Shown piece by piece: positions 23,170 to 36,289 of a stretch of DNA of 64,000 nt. Origin of the DNA: Eledone cirrhosa (Eukaryota); contig OZ024740.1 in NCBI GenBank assembly GCA_964016885.1, positions 33,604,001 to 33,668,000 of the forward strand. Reading direction: 5' to 3'. The position numbers were made by a program, and so were the translations under genes. How positions within the stretch are numbered: the first letter of the stretch is position 1; every line of letters starts with the position of its first letter. A model generated the notes under the pieces. That model was not told the origin of the DNA. It did not search any database and saw only the letters and a list, made by a program, of their open reading frames with translations.

Positions 23170-25408
23170 GCAAGATCAAAGGACTCTTACAGACCAATTC
23201 AATAATGACCGAGATCTCACCATCCTAACTGGTGACATCAATGGACATGTTGGGCAGCACCAAGATAGCTACACTGGAGTATGTGGTGGCTATAGCTTGA
23301 GATATGAAGTGGAATCAAGGCTCCTAGAATTCAGTGAAGCAAATGACCTAACCATTTGCAACACTAACTTCAGGAAACTGCTCAACCACTTAATCACCGA
23401 GCAAGCAGATGAGCATTAGTTAGAAAACATGATAGCAGATGGTTATGGATACTAAGTTTTTTCCTGGAGCACTAGCATAAGTTAGTTAGTAGTGAGATCA
23501 TAAATGTAGGACAGTCTGGAAGCTAAAGATTTTTATGTTAAATATAGGTTTAGAAAACTTCTATGCAATGCGTATGAGAGGGAGTAAGAAATAATTACAT
23601 ATGACAGGACAACTGAACGTTTCCTTGGGACAACTTACTGCAGGTCACTGATGAAATCTGTGGCTGGAGCAAGGTACCAGTCAGATGAAAGTTGATTTGG
23701 TTGAGGCATAGTACTGTAGATAGTTAGTAAAGCTAAAATCCAAGCAAAGAAAGATTAAGAAAATGGGGGCAGCAAAGAACAATATCAAATAGATAAAAGA
23801 GAAGCAGAGAGCAAGAAGTTTGTTAATGTGATGCAATGTGAGGATCAACTGTATGAGGTGTTGTACATTGAGCAGTAGCGTCATTGGGTAGAAATGTGCT
23901 TGATATATAGACACTTAGCTTTACTGACTCACAGAAGAGGTCTGGAAATGCTATGAATGTGAAGAATGACAACCTCCAGTAAACTCAACAGAGGGGCTAA
24001 CTATTGAAATTTATAGTTATAGAGTCAAAGAAGCAATCAGGGAAATGAAAAATGCTAAAGCTGCTTGGCCGTTAGAGAGTTGCTGAGATCAACAGGTGAA
24101 GTAGTAGTTGAACTTGCCACTCACATAGTTAAATAGGCATTATATGGTGGTGTCATACTCAATGACTGGTGAAACAATATACTCAATTAATTGCTATAAG
24201 GGAAAAGATGATGGACTAGGTCATGAAAGTGATGAAAAGTGCTTTAGCACAATTATGAAAAAATCAAATTAATTGATAGTTTTGTTTTAGGAAGGATCAC
24301 TACAGGCACCCTTATTTTAGTGAGACAACTACAAGAGAAGTTCCTAGCTAAGAGTAAGCTGCTAGATTTGGAGAAGGCCTTTGACAGAGTATTACGATCT
24401 GTTATCTGGTGGCCTTTTAAGGAAACTAGGTGTAGATGAGTGACTTGTGAGAGTAGTGCAAGCCATGTACAGAGTTATCAGCAAAGTTACAACAGGTTGA
24501 GTTTAATGAAGAATTTAATATGTACATGGGTGTTTATTTAGACCATAAGAGCAGTTTAAGATTGGTTGTCCTTGAAAACTTCTGTATACTGATCACCTAG
24601 TCCTTATAGCTGAATGTAGAGAAGAAATTCTTGTAGAAACAGAACTTAGAATCAAAAAGGCCCAGTGTAAATAGGAAAGAAGACAAGACTCTGATCCATC
24701 AGTGAAGTGGCAGTTATTGATTATGTAGAAAATCAGTAGGAAGGAACTCAATACAATGTACTCAATCTAAGGTATGGGTACACAAGAAGCACATAGACTA
24801 AAGACTAACAGAAAATATAGACGTTCTACGTGACAGATGCACAAAAATAATGTGTAGTAAGAGCAGCAGTGAAATAAACATTTTTCAATCCTGAGAGGTG
24901 CCATAGTAGTTGATAGCTTCTGTTACTTAGGTGCTTAATTACCAGTGAAGAGGGTTGCTCTGAAAGTATAGCTAGAATAAGAATATGCTGGAAAAAGTTT
25001 AGGGAGCACTTACACTGATGACAATAAAGGGATTTTCTCTACAATTGAAGGGTAGATTGTATCACGCCTGTTTAAGAAGTGCGATGTTGCATGGCAGTGA
25101 GACATGGGCAGAAAATGTAGAAGATATGAAATGAAGTGAGCATGCTCCTTTGGTATAAAAGTAATCAGATGTAATGTACAAAACAAGACGTGTATGGATG
25201 AGGTCAGCTGAGTAAAGAAATGCAAGTGAAAGGAATCTGCAGCAGAGAAAACCTAGGCAGAAGTGGTGAGAGCTCATCTCAAAACATTGAACCTCACAGA
25301 GGAAATGATAAAAGAATGTTGCAAGTGAAAAGAGACTGTGCTAGAAAGGACCCATCCAACCCATGCAAACCTGGAAAAGCAGATGTAAAATTATAATAAT
25401 AATAATGA
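23170..25408 (+). mobile_element. Old, heavily degraded RTE LINE (APE endonuclease end through RT to 3' tail)
   Basis: LTGDINGHVG, ICNTNFRK, LDLEKAFDRV and HGSETW remnants with many stops and frameshifts, collinear with the element at 37278-40300. Confidence 0.8.
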
Positions 25409-26399
25409 AGACAGTTAACAGCACTGAATTGTTTTTTCATTTTCACTAAATTTTTGTCAACAGCATTAAAAATAGATCCTAAAACTCACTTTTATAATTA
25501 TGAACACGGGTGCAAACAAGTAGTACAGCATTTTATTCAAATAGTTTATACAGTACAATTGGTTATTAAGTTTGCTGTGTGTCAGATAATAATATGGTTT
25601 ATGATGAAGAGAAATAATGAAACGGACAGCTTGATAGAATACTCTTTGGTGATTAGAATAGAAAGGCATCTAATTAATTCTAGGACTCATCAATAAGAAT
25701 TTTTTCAAAGAGAACTATTGAATGTGACACTGGAATTAACTCTAAATAGATGCTTGACATTATGGAGATGGATAAATATTTAAATAAGCATTCAAGCGAA
25801 GGAATATAACTATAAAAAATTACTAACATACTTAAATGTTCATAAATTAACTTTAAAATAATGGTTTTTATATAACAAAAGGAATTTAGCTTTTCAAAAG
25901 CTTTCACAGCAATTTTGTCATCTTTCAGGAAAACAAAAAAGCTATAACAACAAATGCAACATCTGGTAGAGACTTCTTTTAATATAATATTGAAGAAGAT
26001 GGCAAACCAAAGTAAATGAATACAATCTTTTTTTATGAGAGTTTATAATTGAAATGACTTGGCTGAGAAAGAGCAAGACCTGGTACCAAAAAAGTTAATT
26101 TGGCAACCAAAATTTGATGTTTCAGTTAAAATTTATTCAGAGAAAATGGAAGACATTGGGAGGCTGGGTTTTGCTGTGCTACAATCAGCAAGAGTATTTC
26201 ACCAAGCCAACAGAAGGAAAAGTAGCCAAAATAGAGTTACAGTTGTTTCTTTAAGATATAAACAGTACTACAATGGCTACCTTTACTCAAACTACTAAAA
26301 ACTACAATGTAAACCCACTGAATTCTAGACTTTAGAATAGTAGATTATATTAAATCTTTCTCTCTTCAATGGTAAATGTATGAAGATGGATACAGGTCT

Positions 26400-26546
26400 T
26401 AAATATACACATGACTTTATACATGTATGTAGATACATGTTTTAAGTATACATATGACTTTATACATGTATTGGGTTATTGTTTTTAGTATACACATGAC
26501 TTTATATATGTATGTAGATACATGTTTTAAGTATACACATGACTTA
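26400..26546. repeat. ~43-bp tandem repeat, ~3.5 copies (tatacacatgactttatacatgtatgtagatacatgttttaag)
   Basis: Directly visible. Confidence 0.7.
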
Positions 26547-26883
26547 TCACTAAAAAGTAGTCTCAAACTAAGGGGAGATAATTATTTTTTCTCGTTTATT
26601 AAAGTTTTAACTAAATTCTGTTGAAATGGTAAAAGTACAACATCTTCTATGAGAATTGAAATAATTCCTCTCGAAAGGAGCAGCAAATTAAACCAGACAA
26701 GAAGAGAAGATACAGAAATGTATGCTTTTCTTTTCTTCTCAACAAGAATCCATGAATAAATGAAGATTCAATGTGTTAATTTATAAATAATTCATTTAAT
26801 TTAGATTAACAAGAAACTTAATAAACAACAAATGTTTTTCCACCCCCACTGAAATTTATTTACAAAGTCAACAACTGCAATAT

Positions 26884-27020
26884 TCAATCGTCCTGCTCCA
26901 TTGGTTTTACATCTTCTGAATTCTCTGTCTTGCTAGATGTCTGTTCATTCTCATTATCAGTTTCAAAATCTACTTCACTTACAGTTTCTCCTACCTCTGG
27001 GGCAGTCTCTTCTTCCTCAC
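26884..27020 (-). CDS. ACL4: Acl4-like TPR protein, terminal coding exon (acidic tail GEEEETAPEV...MEQDD*)
   Basis: Acceptor at 27021-22, phase 1 matching the previous exon, TGA at 26884-86. Confidence 0.75.
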
Positions 27021-27544
27021 CTGTAGATAATATATAACAAACAAATTAGTAAGCATTACCCTACCTAGCACATAATTCTAAACTGCATCCAGCCATAGAA
27101 AGTTTGCCAAAGGGTTGGGAGGATCCTTCAGTTGTGTCAGACACGACAATGTCACTAGCGTTGGTGCCACGATAAAATGCACCCGCTAGAACATGGAACT
27201 ATATATAAGTGAGATACAGACCCCCAGTCTGTAGTGATTCTGTCTGTGAAGACCCGTCCAAACCTTGTAGTAGGGAAAGTGTTAAATGATAACAATGATG
27301 ATAATAAATCTTTATATAATAATTGTTGATTTATAAATTGCTAGCTGATTAAGGAAATGTTAAGACCATAACCCTCAACTGACTTCACACACCCCAAAAT
27401 CATAAATGGCAGAAATTCTAATATACAAATTCATTAATGAATGAATTTGTATATTTTCAGTTTGTTGTATTGGTGTTCTAAAAATATTGAGTATATGATC
27501 AGATTATAAAAATGTTGAGAATGTTATATAAAAATGAAGCTTAC

Positions 27545-27620
27545 CAGGTCCAACTTTTTCTATCATTTCCTGAATATGTTTTAGCATTTCAGGATCATCA
27601 AATTCAACCTTTTGGTATGT
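27545..27620 (-). CDS. ACL4: Acl4-like exon (TYQKVEFDDPEMLKHIQEMIEKVGP)
   Basis: AG/GT bounded, 76 nt, phase 0 to phase 1. Confidence 0.8.
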
Positions 27621-28094
27621 CTACATTTGAAATAAAAGTTTAGATATGAAATCAATAAATATTTTAACTGAAGAATGCAATGAAACCTGAAGAAACAGAA
27701 GATATACATCTCTATTAAATTTTAAATAACTACCTAAAATACATTGGCAGGGAGAGGGCATTATGCTTTGTTACTGGAGGTTGCTAAGAAAACAAGGTGT
27801 AGATGAATGGCTTTGAGGACTGTGCAGAGATAATGGCAAGATCAGACTAAAAAGGTTCAGCAAGAAATGTAGCATACAAGTATAAATCAATTAGGGTTTG
27901 GTTCTCAGTCCCCAACCCCACCTCCACTAAATATTATGATATAGGGCAGGTATGGACAACCCTTTTCGAGCAGTGGGCCACATAGGGTGTTGCTCATCCT
28001 AGTCGGGCTGCACTACTAAAAAATTCTAGGTAATTTTGAAATTAGGTGTTCCTTTGATCAAGAGACTGCCAAAATCATAAACTTGTTCTTGTAC

Positions 28095-29695
28095 AGGTTA
28101 TATGCTAATGAGTTGTAAGGCAGAAGAAATATGCCAATGCGTTGTGAGGCAGTGGAAATATGCTAATGAGTTGTGAGGTAGTAGAAATATGCTAATGAGT
28201 TTTAACTCTTTAGCATTCAAACCGACAAGATTATGTCCCCTTTCATTTATTCAAACCGACAAAAACCGACATTTAATAACACACGGAGATCTCCTTCTAA
28301 AAATAAACATTGACATCATCGAAATCTCGTCAATTTGAGATTACTGCGAGATAAAGCCCTTACGCACGAAAATTAACTCTTAGTATAGTTAAAGAACTTG
28401 CAAAAACACGTGTTTTTAACGTTGAAAGTGTAACATGGCTTCCGAAAGTAGCGACAACGAATTTGAAGGTTTTACGTCCGACGACATTCGAGATCAAAAA
28501 GAAACAGAAGATAATATCAGTGATTTATCTTCAAACGAATCAGATATATTTATTTCTGATATATCTGATAGTCACTTTGAAAGTGAAAGAGAAGATTTGA
28601 CTGACACCATTGAAAAAACACCAACATCGATACATGTTTTGGATTTTACTGAAAATATTGGACCACAACACACATTACCACCCGATGCTAAAGCACTGGA
28701 TTATTATTTTTTATTTTTACCACAAACTTTCTTCGAAGTTGTGGCAAATCACTATGCAGAACGACAAATTTCTAATATCGGAAAACCCAATCTGTTATGG
28801 CGTCCGACAGATTCTGCCGAAATGAAAGCGTTTTTTACCATAAATATTATGTTTGGTATTAAACAATTTCCACGACTGGAATTATTGGAGTACTGATATA
28901 AGGTTTGGTGACCCTTATATATCTAGTATTATGGCAAAAACGAGATTCATCAAATTAAACCAGTATTTGCACCTGGTTGATACTTCAAATGCCCCTGGTA
29001 GAAATGAATCAAATTACGACCCACTGTACACGACTATTAATTGAAATGTCAGAAAAATTTAAAAGTGTGTATAAACTTATATATTGGGAACTTTCTGTTA
29101 CGTAATTTTACACGGTACATTTACAGAGTGCATTGCCAATATTATTTTGACTGGTGAAAAGGTTTTATTTTCAATGAAAATATTTGCCTGGAATGTAGAG
29201 AAAGACTAAAATCTTGTACTGATTACACCTGCATTTTTAATTAATTCACCTGTTCGGAAAACTGCTAGAATTAATGGAAATCAGCATCTAGATCATTATT
29301 GGATTTTTTTGCAACAAATCTAACAGATAAGGCAGATAAAGTTTAAATTTTTGTGTTTATCCATAAAGTTATTACTTTTACACCTGTTAATTAATTTCAC
29401 CTGCCCATAAAAGTCAAATTTAACAAAAAAAATCAGGTAAAAATATATAATTGTAAATTATAGTTATTTAAACATCTACTGACAAAATTTCAAGTCTGCA
29501 CATAGAAAATTAAAGTAATTACAAACAAATAAAATTGATAACCCTCTTGAGTATAATTAAGTGAAAATAATGCGAATAGATGAACATGACATTTGACAAT
29601 TCAATGTGAATGCTGAAGGGTTAAAGCAGTTGAAATATGTTAATGAGTTGTAAGGCAGCAGAAAAATGCTAATGAGTTGTAAGGAAGTAAAGATA
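28095..29695. repeat. ~29-bp tandem repeat (aaatatgctaatgagttgtaaggcagcag) split by the piggyBac insertion
   Basis: Copies at 28095-28200 and 29625-29695. Confidence 0.7.
28206..29620 (+). mobile_element. piggyBac internal-deletion derivative with an N-terminal transposase remnant
   Basis: TTAA target sites at 28202-05 and 29621-24; TIR CTCTTTAGCATTCA / TGAATGCTGAAGGG; ORFs 28435-29044 (acidic N-terminus, EMKAFF, YWSTD, RFIKLNQYLH) are PGBD-like. Confidence 0.88.
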
Positions 29696-29774
29696 TGCAG
29701 TTCACACAAAAAAAATCTATTTCCATATAGAATAAAGGTGTAGTTTAGGTTTAGAAAGTTGGTAAGACTTCTAC

Positions 29775-29939
29775 CTTGAGAGCATTCTGTAAGTATTCTC
29801 TGGCATTAGTAAGACAATCTTCTGCTTCATCTCCTTTACGTTTGGAACTCTCCAATACAGCAGCATATCCCATCAAATACCAGACATGAGGGTCTTCGTC
29901 TGTTTCATCTAATAACGTGAACAAAACTTCATTGGCTGT
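29775..29939 (-). CDS. ACL4: Acl4-like exon (TANEVLFTLLDETDEDPHVWYLMGY...AREYLQNALK)
   Basis: AG/GT bounded, 165 nt, phase 0/0. The LL...DE...VWYL.G motif is typical of the family. Confidence 0.85.
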
Positions 29940-30142
29940 CTGAAAAAAGAACATTAAGACTTAACTGAAGGTGTCCGAGCATTCATAAAATATCTTAGTC
30001 ACTGAATAAATATTAAGGCAAACTGAAGGTGTCCGAGCATTCTTTAAATATCTTAGTCACCGAATAAACTTTACCATTTTTTTTTTTGTTCCATGTTAAA
30101 CAAGTCAGAAGAAATATTTCTGCTTCTCACATTGAAATTTAA

Positions 30143-30330
30143 CCCTTTAGTATTTAAACAGGCCAGAATTCTCTCACCTCTTTCTGTTCAAACTGGCTGC
30201 TCATACTTATGTTAAGGTATTGTTCTCAAAATATATAATATCAAGATCTCATAGATTTGATATTATGTGAGATAAAGTATTTACCATGAAAATACAATAG
30301 TAAATATAAAGTAATGTAAATTCTAAAGGG
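30143..30330. mobile_element. piggyBac-type MITE
   Basis: TTAA|CCCTTTAG ... CTAAAGGG|TTAA. A second copy is at 43437-43633. Confidence 0.8.
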
Positions 30331-30410
30331 TTAAAGGACAAAAACAGAATTTTATCCATTACTTTCATTGACGGTCTACCAGAATAATATATTTTCCATG
30401 TTATTTGAAA

Positions 30411-30980
30411 TGTGTACGTCCCAATGCAAATAACTATAATAATAGTTGATTACTATAACTAATTATAGAGAAAAGCAGACACTTCTGTTTAATTTTTCCA
30501 TCTCTAGAGGTACTTTAACCAACTTTCTCAACTACTAAAAACCCGTCGCTATGCTGCCAGTAAAAATATTTGTTAATCATGTATGTACCTTTGTTATTAC
30601 GACATCAATGTATTGTTGAATTACACTTTAAACTATTTATCTATCTCTCACTGTATTTATCTCTCAACAACTTTTCACACATATATGTTGGAGGAAAAAG
30701 GAGAGGAGTGAAAAGTTGCGTGTGAAAGATAGTGGTAGATGGTTGTCACCATAAAAAACTAGTGTTGACAGATTTTCACTTAAAAGTCTGTCGTCATCAC
30801 TTTAATTCTGATGTCATAATCAAACCACCCCTCTTCTCACTCTCTCGACACAATAACTTTTCACTCCACCCCTTTTCCCGTGCTACATGTGTTTTGTGAC
30901 GACCGACAGATGGAGAAACAGCTTTTCTTTTATAATATAGATTGACTATTGTTATGGTCATTTGAGTTGGGACGCACACA
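30411..30980. mobile_element. Non-autonomous element with ~60-bp imperfect terminal inverted repeats
   Basis: tgtgtacgtcccaatgcaaataactataataatagt at 30411 versus the reverse complement of ...actattgttatggtcatttgagttgggacgcacaca ending at 30980. Confidence 0.55.
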
Positions 30981-31045
30981 TATAAGAATGAAAAGATATG
31001 CAATTTACTCATTCACTCAGTTTAGTATTGGTTGACAACTCGTAT

Positions 31046-31277
31046 CCAACACCCATGTAGTACAAATAAACATAACTCCTATGAGGTACTAATATATCTA
31101 ATTCCTATGAGATACTAATACATCTAACTCCCATGTGGTACTAATATATCTAATTCCCATGTGGTACTAATATACCCAATTCGCATGTGGTACTAATACA
31201 CCTAACTCACATGTAGCACTAATACACACAACTCCAATGTGCTAATATACCTAACTCCCATGTGGTACTAACATACT
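31046..31277. repeat. 26-bp minisatellite, ~8 copies (ctaactcccatgtggtactaatatat)
   Basis: Directly visible. Confidence 0.8.
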
Positions 31278-31331
31278 AAACTTGAAAATGATAAAAAAAT
31301 GTCAGAAAATCAAACGTTTTGTGTCATCTGT

Positions 31332-31610
31332 TTAACCTGTTGACTGCCGCGTATATTTTACATAGCTACAGTTGCTGTGCCAGGGTTTTTTCCAGTAAAA
31401 TGTCTATTTTGATTGACAAACGTCACATCAATAAACTAGAAACCCCATCTAGCTTTGAAGTTATGAACTGTTGGAAAAGAGTTCATAACTTTGAAGTTAT
31501 GAACTGTTGGAAAAGAGTTCAAACATGTTAGGACGAGTTATCTCATTCGTGGCACTGGAATGCATACATGTTAGGATGAGTTATCTCATCTACGGCACTG
31601 AAGAAGTTGA
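31332..31610. mobile_element. Degenerate TTAA-type MITE with internal duplications
   Basis: ttaacctgttgactgcc ... ggcactgaagaagttga ends, a duplicated gagttatctcat motif and a ~37-bp tandem duplication. Confidence 0.4.
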
Positions 31611-31813
31611 CAGTCAGGACAGAAATCCTATCAAGTTTTACATGTAGCAGGTTAAATTTATATTCAAACTGTACATCAATCGCAATCACTAACAATGACA
31701 TTTTGTAAGAATGTATTAAACTTTCAAAGAAACTTTCTAAGTATGGACTAACTCAGAAGGAGTTAAAGTTTTGAAAACTGAAAAATAAATAAAAGTTATA
31801 AAAGAGTAAATAC

Positions 31814-31885
31814 CTCGTACAGTTCAAGTTCAATGAGTATCTTAGAAGTCACAATTCTGGTGTCATAGCTCACACCTGGCATATT
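31814..31885 (-). CDS. ACL4: Acl4-like exon (NMPGVSYDTRIVTSKILIELELYE); its 5' end is the terminal unit of the tandem array
   Basis: Acceptor tttacAG at 31886-87 and donor GT at 31812-13; 72 nt, phase 0/0. It fits between the ..WLPQ.. exon and the TANEVL exon. Confidence 0.8.
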
Positions 31886-33845
31886 CTGTAAATATAGAAT
31901 ATAGTACATAGTATATGGTGTCATAGCTCACACCTGGCATATTCTGTAAATATAGTATATGGTGTCATAGCTCACACCTGGCATATTCTGTAAATATAGT
32001 ATATGGTGTCATAGCTCACACCTGGCATATTCTGTAAATATAGTATATGGTGTCATAGCTCACACCTGGCATATTCTGTAAATATAGAATATAGTGTCAT
32101 AGCTCACACCTGGCAATTTCTGTAAATATAGTATATGGTGTCATAGCTCACACCTGGCATATTCTGTAAATATAGTATATGGTGTCATAGCTCACACCTG
32201 GCATATTCTGTAAATATAGTATATGGTGTCATAGCTCACACCTGGCATATTCTGTAAATATAGAATATAGTGTCATAGCTCACACCTGGCATATTCTGTA
32301 AATATAGAATATAGTACATAGTATATGGTGTCATAGCTCACACCTGGCATATTCTGTAAATATAGAATATAGTGTCATAGCTCACACCTGGCATATTCTG
32401 TAAATATAGAATATAGTACATAGTATATGGTGCCATAGCTCACACCTGGCATATTCTGTAAATATAGAATATAGTACATAGTATATGGTGTCGTAGCTCA
32501 CACCTGGCATATTCTGTAAATATAGAATATAGTACATAGTATATGGTGTCATAGCTCACACCTGGCATATTCTGTAAATATAGTATATGGTGTCATAGCT
32601 CACACCTGGCATATTCTGTAAATATAGTATATGGTGTCATAGCTCACACCTGGCATATTCTGTAAATATAGTATATGGTGTCATAGCTCACACCTGGCAT
32701 ATTCTGTAAATATAGAATATAGTGTCATAGCTCACACCTGGCATATTCTGTAAATATAGAATATAGTACATAGTATATGGTGTCATAGCTCACACCTGGC
32801 ATATTCTGTAAATATAGTATATGGTGTCATAGCTCACACCCGGTATATTCTGTAAATATAGTATATAGTGTCATAGCTCACACCTGGCATATTCTGTAAA
32901 TATAGTATATAGTGTCATAGCTCACACCTGGCATATTCTGTAAATATAGTATATAGTGTCATAGCTCACACCTGGCATATTCTGTAAATATAGTATATAG
33001 TGTCATAGCTCACACCTGGCATATTCTGTAAATATAGAATATAGTGTCATAGCTCACACCTGGCATATTCTGTAAATATAGAATATAGTGTCATAGCTCA
33101 CACCTGGCATATTCTGTAAATATAGAATATAGTACATAGTATATAGTGTCATAGCTCACACCTGGCATATTCTGTAAATATAGTATATAGTACATAGTAT
33201 ATGGTGTCATAGCTCACACCTGGCATATTCTGTAAATATAGTATATGGTGTCATAGCTCACACCTGGCATATTCTGTAAATATAGAATATAGTACATAGT
33301 ATATGGTGTCATAGCTCACACCTGGCATATTCTGTAAATATAGTATATGGTGTCATAGCTCACACCTGGCATATTCTGTAAATATAGTATATAGTGTCAT
33401 AGCTCACACCTGGCATATTCTGTAAATATAGTATATAGTGTCATAGCTCACACCTGGCATATTCTGTAAATATAGTATATAGTGTCATAGCTCACACCTG
33501 GCATATTCTGTAAATATAGTATATAGTGTCATAGCTCACACCTGGCATATTCTGTAAATATAGAATATAGTACATAGTATATGGTGTCATAGCTCACACC
33601 TGGCATATTCTGTAAATATAGTATATAGTGTCGTAGATTACACCTGGCATATTCTGTAAATATAGTATATAGTGTCATAGCTCACACCTGGCATATTCTG
33701 TAAATATAGTATATAGTGTCATAGCTCACACCTGGCATATTCTGTAAATATAGTATATAGTGTCATAGCTCACACCTGGCATATTCTGTAAATATAGTAT
33801 ATAGTGTCGTAGATTACACCTGGCATATTCTGTAAATATAGAATA
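31859..33845 (-). repeat. Tandem array of 42 units (43 or 55 bp) consisting of a 3' splice site plus the first ~27 nt of the exon
   Basis: Minus-strand unit tatactatatttacag|AATATGCCAGGTGTGAGCTATGACAC; copies counted by hand. Confidence 0.92.
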
Positions 33846-34075
33846 CACACTAAATACGGTATAACTTTTAAATAAACTAAATAAAATGTCAACTGAATAT
33901 GAAGACATTACTACTATATACAGAATTTACCATGTTTTCTTACGAGAGAAATATATAGAACCATAAATCTTCAGCTTGTCTAAAAGGTAGCACAATATTG
34001 AGGTTATTGAAATATTTCTTTGATACTAATTATACAACATTCATTACTCTGGTTTCCATACAGTTAAATCTACTA

Positions 34076-34608
34076 GAGACATGTACCACTGTCACTCATC
34101 AGGCATCACTCCAGACACGTACTAGTCATTCATCAGGTATCACTCGAGACATATACCAGTCACTCATCAGGCATCACTCCAGACACGTACTAGTCATTCA
34201 TCAAGCATCACTCAAGACATGTACCACTGTCACTCATCAGGCATCACTCCAGACACGTACCAGTCATTCATCAGGTATCACTCGAGACATGTAGCACTGT
34301 CACTCATCAGGCATCACTCGAGACATGTACCAGTCACTCATCAGGCATCACTCAAGACATGTAGCAGTCATTCATCAGGTATCACTTAAGGCATGTACCA
34401 CTGTCACTCATCAGGCATCACTCAAGACATGTACCAGTCATTCATCAGGTTTCACTCGAGACATATACCACTGTCACTCATCAAGCATCAGTCAAGACAT
34501 GTACCAGTCATTCATCAGGTATCACTGTCACTCATCAGGCATCACTCAAGACATGTACCAGTCATTTATCAGGTATCACTCGAGACATGTACCACTGTCA
34601 CACATCAG
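34076..34608. repeat. Minisatellite of interspersed 34- and 36-bp units, ~15 copies
   Basis: gacatgtaccactgtcactcatcaggcatcactc(a/c)a alternating with gacacgtaccagtcattcatcaggtatcactcga. Confidence 0.85.
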
Positions 34609-35029
34609 TTGTTACTTTTTCAGAATTTTGGTAAAAGGAATTTAATTTTTCATGACACCAATAAAAGCTCCATCAACTTATCCCCCCTCCCACCCACACT
34701 TGATGTGTTCCCAGAACATCAGCACCCCATCCCCCCGAGTTCTCTCTCAAGCTCTTCCCAAAACCACCCCCACCCCTGAAGTTCCCTCTCAACATGATAT
34801 TGTTCTGCTCCATATCAGTCCTGATTCAACAGACATTCAAGTCACGACTAATCTAATCTTTTATTCAAACATAATATAACTAGGACTTGATTTGAGTGAG
34901 ATTTGGCTACTATTTCAGATAGGTCAAGCAATCACAGAAAAACAGTCTCAGCTCCTACTTTTCCTAGAGATAACAGAAGACCTGACTTCCCACGGGTACA
35001 AGCTGAAGCATATAGACAATATGCTCCCA

Positions 35030-35210
35030 CTGCAAAAAAGCACCCAGCACTCACTGTAAATAAGGTTGGTATTAGGAAGGGCATCCAGCCAGAATCAGTT
35101 CCCATATGAGCAAGACAAGGTCAGCCAACCGGACACTGCCTACAACAGGACACCTGTCTAACCCATGCTAGTGTGGAAGAACGGACGTAAAACGGTGATG
35201 ATGATGATGA
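35030..35210 (+). mobile_element. RTE 3'UTR-only fragment with (GAT)n tail
   Basis: Reverse-complement match to 1248-1440. Confidence 0.75.
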
Positions 35211-35725
35211 CAATCTAAGGATATTCAAACTGACCATCAACTTCATCTCAATCTCACCAGTCTAGAGCTTCTTGAAGAAAGTCAATGGTGCTACCTTCCC
35301 TCTTCTGGCTAATTCATAAAAATAAACATAAACCAAAGATGTGGGTTCATGTCAATACCCATCCTTTTTTTTCCATTCAGAGGGTTTTTTTTAAATACTA
35401 ACAGACTAATTCTATGTAGTCAAATACAGAGTAAGCACATGTTACTACCTAATTTTCAAATTTGCTAGCCATTTGTAAACAAAGCCTGCTTTGTGTCTCC
35501 CTGTTTATATAAACCCAATTGTTTTGCCTTTAAATAGAGTTTAGTGTACTGTAGTATGAAGGTGAAACAATTGGTTTTATTTTCATCAGTATAGTATATA
35601 TTTGATAGGATATTTCTATATTTTCCAGGAAGTTACATATCCAGCTTTAATTACATTATATATTATCTTTTTTACTTAAAACTTTCCATTTGTGTAAGAT
35701 AGTATGATTGAAATATGAAACTAAC

Positions 35726-35803
35726 TTCTGGTATGTCATCATCATTTTCTTGCAACTGAGGGAGCCATAAAGATACACTTTTTTCAATCATTTCTTTGGC
35801 ATC
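35726..35803 (-). CDS. ACL4: Acl4-like exon (DAKEMIEKSVSLWLPQLQENDDDIPE)
   Basis: AG/GT bounded, 78 nt, phase 0/0. Confidence 0.82.
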
Positions 35804-36289
35804 CTGAAACAAAAATTTTTATTTAAAGATACAGATTCAAAATATATTATAATTTCTTGAAAATTACAAAATTCTAATAAAAGTAAATACATTAATGAAC
35901 AAATAGTTGTTTATATAAATACAAATGTTAAATGATGATGCTAATGAGTAGCAATGTTTTAATTAAAAGGAGAGAACCATAAGTTAAATCTCATCCATAA
36001 GAGAGAAAATAAAATAAAATTTGTCTTCCTCACTTCATAAATGGCAAGATTGTGGAAAGGATAAGAGAAGATACGCTGTATGGTTTCTGTCTGGGTAGAA
36101 GCTGCCCTGTGAAGCTTCTGCATCATAACACCCACACATATTGTGTGGGTGTGTGAGTGAATACTGCATGGTTGAATGGTTCAATCCATTATTAAGGCTT
36201 CACCTAAGTATGTGTGTACATGTGTGGATACAGCGTGTATGAAAAAATATGTAGTGCTCTTTCTCATCCAGCATGAAAGACACAAGACA

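Noticed and set aside
28435-29044. Domesticated PGBD gene
   Set aside because: Frameshifted, lacks the catalytic DDD core, and still lies between TIRs and TTAA target sites.
31859-33845. CRISPR-like appearance of repeats with variable linkers
   Set aside because: The linkers are not unique spacers, there are no cas genes, the context is eukaryotic, and the unit derives from a splice junction.
34076-34608. Tandem CTGATGA motifs on the minus strand suggesting multimeric hammerheads
   Set aside because: No correctly placed GAAA or stem II/III follows; it is an ordinary minisatellite. ORFs across it are repeat translations.
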